DNA of 64,000 nucleotides from Orbicella franksi (Eukaryota): NCBI GenBank assembly GCA_964199315.1, contig OZ116708.1, positions 20,832,001 to 20,896,000 of the forward strand, read 5' to 3'. Shown piece by piece: positions 59,225 to 64,000 of this stretch (position 1 is its first letter; each line of letters starts with the position of its first letter). The notes under the pieces were generated by a model. It saw only the letters and a program-made list of their open reading frames with translations, ran no database searches and was not told where the DNA came from. The position numbers and the translations under genes were made by a program.

Positions 59225-62200
59225 ATGAAATCATTCCTGCTTTGGTTAGGAGTTTTTACATTTTTGCTCACAACGTGTTTAGCGTATCGGGAGGTAAGCT
59301 TAATATCAGTTCTTTTTTTATTTTCTTTTTCTTTTTTATATTATTATTATTTTTTTTTGTGTGTAAGAGTGACTTTTTTTTTGCTCAGTCTATACATTTG
59401 CGCGCAATTAATTTGATGTCCGACTGAAGCTCCGAGGGAATATAATTTTCTAGACCATGAAATTGCCGTAAAAGTAACGAATGATTACATGTCTGAGGTG
59501 TAAATTTTAATGAGAAATGGAAAAATACAAAGATAACGTCTGCCCTTCAGAACTTATTTGTTACAGACTGATTGAAAAATATTCCAGCGCTGTTGTTTGA
59601 TAGCCTCATTTAGTTCTTTTTATATTAACATTTTGTGTGTGTGTGTGTTTCCGCTTAAAACGAAGAAAATTTTTTTTACGAGGCTAAAAAAAGTGTTTTA
59701 TGTTTATCTGAATCTTCGGACAAATTTTCATTCAGGAAATATTTTTAACAACCAGAGAGAACTTCAGATAGCAAGAATAAAATCAGACAAAATATATTCC
59801 TCCAGCCACGCCACAAAACGTAATGCAATATTGTTAGTGTAACAAAGTTAGCTATTTCGTTTCCGCCGGTCATATATGGTTCGCCTCTGCAATTAATTCA
59901 TTTGAATCGAATAGCAGGGTGTGGTTTAACAAGCTGATCTCCAACTAAGAAATATAAGTACTTGTGCGCTGAAAAGAAAAAAAAAAATTCGCCTTTACTA
60001 TTCCAAATGATTTGTTTTCCACGCCTTTTAATTTTAATCATCTTGCATACCAGACTTAAATTCACCATTGAAACAGTTCTCAGACGACCTTTAGAAGTGA
60101 AGATAAAATTGTTAAAATTTTACCTTGACTAATTCAAGGTTTCAATTTATTTCTACAGCTATCTCAGTTAACGCCCATCGTAAACCATTTGTGTAGCCGT
60201 GTTTGTCGGTTAAGCTAAAAGCTTCCCACGTGCTTTCAGATCTCCACCGAAGTAAGATTTCGATAAGAAGAAGATATATTATAAATGCATGGTTTAACCG
60301 AAAAAATAAATAAATAAATAAAAATAAAAACCTCTTCTCAGTGAACCTTTCAACTATAGGTTTTTGCGCGCAGAGGTTTTTGACGAATAGTCGTTTGTTT
60401 AAGGTCAGCATGTACCTCTCGTATGGATTTATATTTAATGGAAAAATACGCAACCCGCCTACACATATGCATCGTGCTACTTTAAAGAAATACTATCAAT
60501 GTTACTTTGCTATGTGCATGACAAAAGCATTGCATCTGGTATCCGAAAGCACGATTTCAAACAACAAATTTTAGGCCAATTTAGTTTCACTTCTACGTTT
60601 TTCTTGGTTGACATTTTCTATTTGGAATAAAAGCCCAATTTACTTTTTCAACCCTCTTTTTTCGGTTTTGGCCACGAAAATATAAAGATAAAGATTTTTA
60701 AAGGATTAGGTATAACAGCAAATTACAGTGTGAAGTAATTACAAAAACATGGTTCCAAGTTAAACCAATTCATCTGTACTTCCGAAAAGTTGTTTTTCAA
60801 TAATGAAGCATCCAGATAGCAAAGTTTTTTGAACAATTTTCTACATTTGTGGTAATCGTTTTTTCTTTTTCGTTTTCCGACGTGACAAATTGGCTTTATC
60901 GAGGATTAAAATTTCATCAAAATTAATTATTTGCGGTAAAAATGAGTAATTTTGTTGTTCCGTGATAGCTATTATTTTTCGTTTAGAATAACAGGTTGTG
61001 CACAGTCAGAACACGTCCCTCGCAAGGCCACCACTTCGTTTTAGAAAGAAAACGGGAAGTTCAAATATCACGAAAGGAGAGCTTTAGCTCACGTTCACAC
61101 TAGGCCGGAGAAATTTGAAAATGCAGCTGCTTTATTTCTAGTGTTAGGCTTACCGTTCACACTAATAAGCCTCGAAAACGGAGCTTTTCGAAAACGCTCT
61201 TCAAATCGGAGGAATTTGAAAACGCCGGCTTTGCGTTTTAGTGTGGACGTAAAACATTTTTAAAACGAAGCTTTTGGAAAATATTAACGCCACGATAATC
61301 GTGAGATTCCCTCTTGTTAAGTCTTCCCCAAATAGAAATCTAAAATGACCGGTTATTGTTGCGTTTTCATATTTCTCTAGCGTAGTGTGGACGGGGCATC
61401 ATTTCCAAACCACAGAAACCAGTCACATTTTTGTTTTCAGATGTATCCGTAAGACAGTAAATTTTCTAGAGTTTGCATGCCTTAATTTTGTGTTTCTTTC
61501 TGAATAAATGAAGTAAATCACAAGTTACATTTTTGTTTTCAGATGTATACATAAGAAAGTAAATTTTCTAGGGTTTGCATGCCTTAATTTTGTGTTTCTT
61601 TTAGCGATTTTAAATAAATGAAGTAAATCACCCCTAAACGCATTTAAATTGCTAGTATACATGTGCGCCAGACATAACATCACAAGATGTCAGTAGAAGG
61701 ATGAATTTTGACATTATGCGGTTGGTTGTCAGCAAAAGCTAGTTGCTTGATTCTTTAAATGGATTTGTCTCTTTTTTTTGGCAAAAAAATACAAAAATAA
61801 AATACAAACAATTGAGACAATCGTTAGGTTTTTAGAATTAAGTATATTAAGTTTCACATTTAGCGAGTGCATGAAATTTTCGTCGCGTCCTCATAAAAAA
61901 AAAGACCTTACAATTTAGAAGAAATGTGTTTTCCTTTTTACATGTCGCCGGCCAGACTATGCGGCATTTCAGAATGTGCATGACCCAGGCTTATCGAAAG
62001 TGAGTGTAAGATCGATAGTGATTTGATGGTCCAAATTTCAGTTTCACTCATGCAGCAAAATGTGACCGCAAAACACCCACTCAAGGTTACGTTATGACGA
62101 AGGCTACAGATTTGAGCGAGGAATCTTAGTTGAACTTCAGTAATAGAGTAGAATCGAATGAGATGGCTACGCTATTTTTATTCAAATCACTTACAAATCA

Positions 62201-64000
62201 GAGATATTTAGGGTAAAGAATCCCGTGTTTGTACAAATAGTTAATAAGTTTTGAACCCGTGGAAAGCCAAGGAAGTACACCGCAGTTAGCTTCTCAGAAT
62301 CAGCTGGGTGTCCGATGCGAGCATAAGTTGATGAGAGCGTGTATTTTAATTAACGCCGCAATCTATTCACAGGGTCAATGTTCAATAAAAACTGCCTAGC
62401 TTTCTAATTATCCAGTCAAAGGCACGTGCAAACCAAAGCTCAAACAGCGCGCCATCCAGCTCAAGTTGTCATCCATTCAGGTAAAAAATAAAGGAAGGAA
62501 CCTGAGTTTTCCGCCTTTTAAAACTTGGCTGATTTGATCACAGTTGGTTCATCACGTGTGGGCCACTGAAATGGATTTTTGAGAAGTGAAAAATCAATTA
62601 CAGACTCCAATTCTGGCAATAATATCATAGGTGATAAATTACTCTTTAATGTTGTCGCGAAACTTCAGCGTTAATTTATAGGTCTTGTTAGGACGCAAAA
62701 TGGATCTAAGCTTTATGTTTTATAAATGACAACCTCACTTTTGCAGGTAGCAAGGAAGAAAAAACCTTCTTTAAAAGACCGAATGAAATTGAAACCAGAC
62801 CTGGTGGGTGTTTTTTTGTTTTGTTTTGGCTTTTTGTTTTTTTATGGTCGCACAAATCTCACTGTTTCTCCTACTGTAAAATTGATATACTTTGCCACTT
62901 TCATAGGGGAACATATGTTGTCATCTTGATTCACCTGAATCATCAAAGTTTTTAGAAAGCACTAGTACGCAATCTGAGTGGTTTGCTAGACTTAAAATAG
63001 CGTGTACGCCCTGTTGTTGCAGGCAGGGGTAGAGAAACACCCTTCTCGCACACAGAAAGTGAAATATTACCAGGTGAGAGCTACTGTGATTTGCTGTTGA
63101 TGTTGTTTTTGGTTGGTTTTTGTGGCTTTGGTTTTCCAAACTGGTCTTCAGGGAGCTTCCTAGAAGCCTTTTTTTTTTTTTTTTTTTTGGCCACAACGTA
63201 ATGTTATCACATTCCATGAAAGAAGGCGTATATCAACAGGTAACTAACAGAGAGGAACGAAAACCTTCTGCCACGCCGGCCAATCAGAGGACGCGATATA
63301 TTTTACCGACCAAGGGGAACGAGACATCTATCTAGCTGGCAACAAAAATGTCAATTTTCAACTGGGTGTCCTTAGAACTGAAATGTTAAATTTTCAAAAA
63401 TATTAATGTCGGTGTACTTCAATTCTATCTATTGGGGGATCCATGGACCAAAGAACTTTGAGTCCACTCGTTCCCAAACTTCAACTCAGGCAGGAGCAGC
63501 TTGGACTGAGTAATTTGAAGACAGCACGTCCTTTGCCGGTTTCGGTTGCCTCCTCATCTAATTTGCCTTGTCTTCGGAACTCCAGAGCGCGTGTTTATTC
63601 CATCGGGCTTTTGTTTTTGGGATTAGCCACAAAGCGGAATTCAGATGGATTTTGTTTCTCTTTAGAAATTTGTTAAGTGTCAATCTCGAGATGACTGCAG
63701 TCCTAAAGAGTGCTGTGCAGGGGTTTCGTCCACAATGAATGGCACCTGTCTACGCCAACCACAGCTAAAAGAGCTGTGCTTTCCACAGATAACGGTAAGT
63801 CTTTATTGACGCCTAGACACAAATGGTTACATAGAACGGGGGGTTGCATGCAAAAGGTTAATTGCGTCAGCATCTGCTGTTGTTTTCTGCTCATCAATCT
63901 AATAGTATAAAGTCCGGCCGGTCGGATGGAAAGGGACATACCTGGACATCCAAAATAAAGAAAAGCCAACCTTGCACTGGTTGACGCCAGTTGTCCCTTT
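59225..64000 (+). CDS. Probable secreted cysteine-rich Dickkopf/prokineticin/colipase-fold protein, 3' incomplete
   Basis: Signal-peptide exon 59225-59293 (MKSFLLWLGVFTFLLTTCLAYRE, GTAAGC donor, TATA at about 59140); candidate phase-0 exon 62747-62803; Cys exon 63666-63794 (KCQSRDDCSPKECCAG..TCLRQPQLKELCFP, GTAAGT donor); open candidate exon from 63906. Linkage of these exons is inferred. Confidence 0.55.
61084..61398. mobile_element. Degenerate PIF/Harbinger-like MITE
   Basis: Ends resemble GGCCCCGTCCACACTA and TAGTGTGGACGGGGC. Confidence 0.6.
61421..61631 (+). repeat. Tandem duplication of about 102-110 bp (2 copies)
   Basis: CACATTTTTGTTTTCAGATGTAT...AAATGAAGTAAATCAC occurs twice. Confidence 0.9.

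Noticed and set aside
61441-61448. Possible 8-nt micro-exon (AG|ATGTATCC|GTAAGA), with the donor lost in the duplicate copy
   Set aside because: It fits only with extra exons (62416-62480 and a phase-1 reading of 62747-62803) that I could not connect to the Cys exon; a simpler all-phase-0 model exists. RNA-seq could revive it.
1-64000. CRISPR arrays, tRNA or rRNA genes, prokaryotic operons
   Set aside because: None seen; tandem repeats lack unique spacers, and the only A/B boxes belong to a SINE.

Overview
AT-rich animal genomic DNA with spliceosomal introns and two assembly gaps; the repeat families suggest a cnidarian, probably a scleractinian coral (inference). Conventional genes: three tandem carbohydrate sulfotransferases (CHST11/HNK-1ST family, minus strand, 9.6-28.1 kb); a complete 10-exon GMPPB (minus) head-to-head with a complete 10-exon twinfilin (plus) that carries an AT-AC (U12) intron; and the start of a probable secreted Dickkopf/colipase-fold protein gene at the right edge. 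Mobile DNA: a young Penelope element ending in a minimal hammerhead ribozyme, RTE and CR1/L2 LINE remnants, a tRNA-SINE and many MITEs. Main discovery (0.4-16.5 kb): a family of intronless non-histone genes apparently derived from the N-terminus of a PHD-FLYWCH-MULE transposase. It comprises three 71-76 aa CxxC proteins, one 172 aa FLYWCH protein and one FLYWCH pseudogene. They share a promoter module, and all four intact genes end in a histone-mRNA-type 16-nt stem-loop followed by AC(C/T)CA and a conserved purine-rich downstream element. This suggests non-histone mRNAs using the SLBP/U7 3'-end pathway; this is a hypothesis that needs 3'-end mapping.
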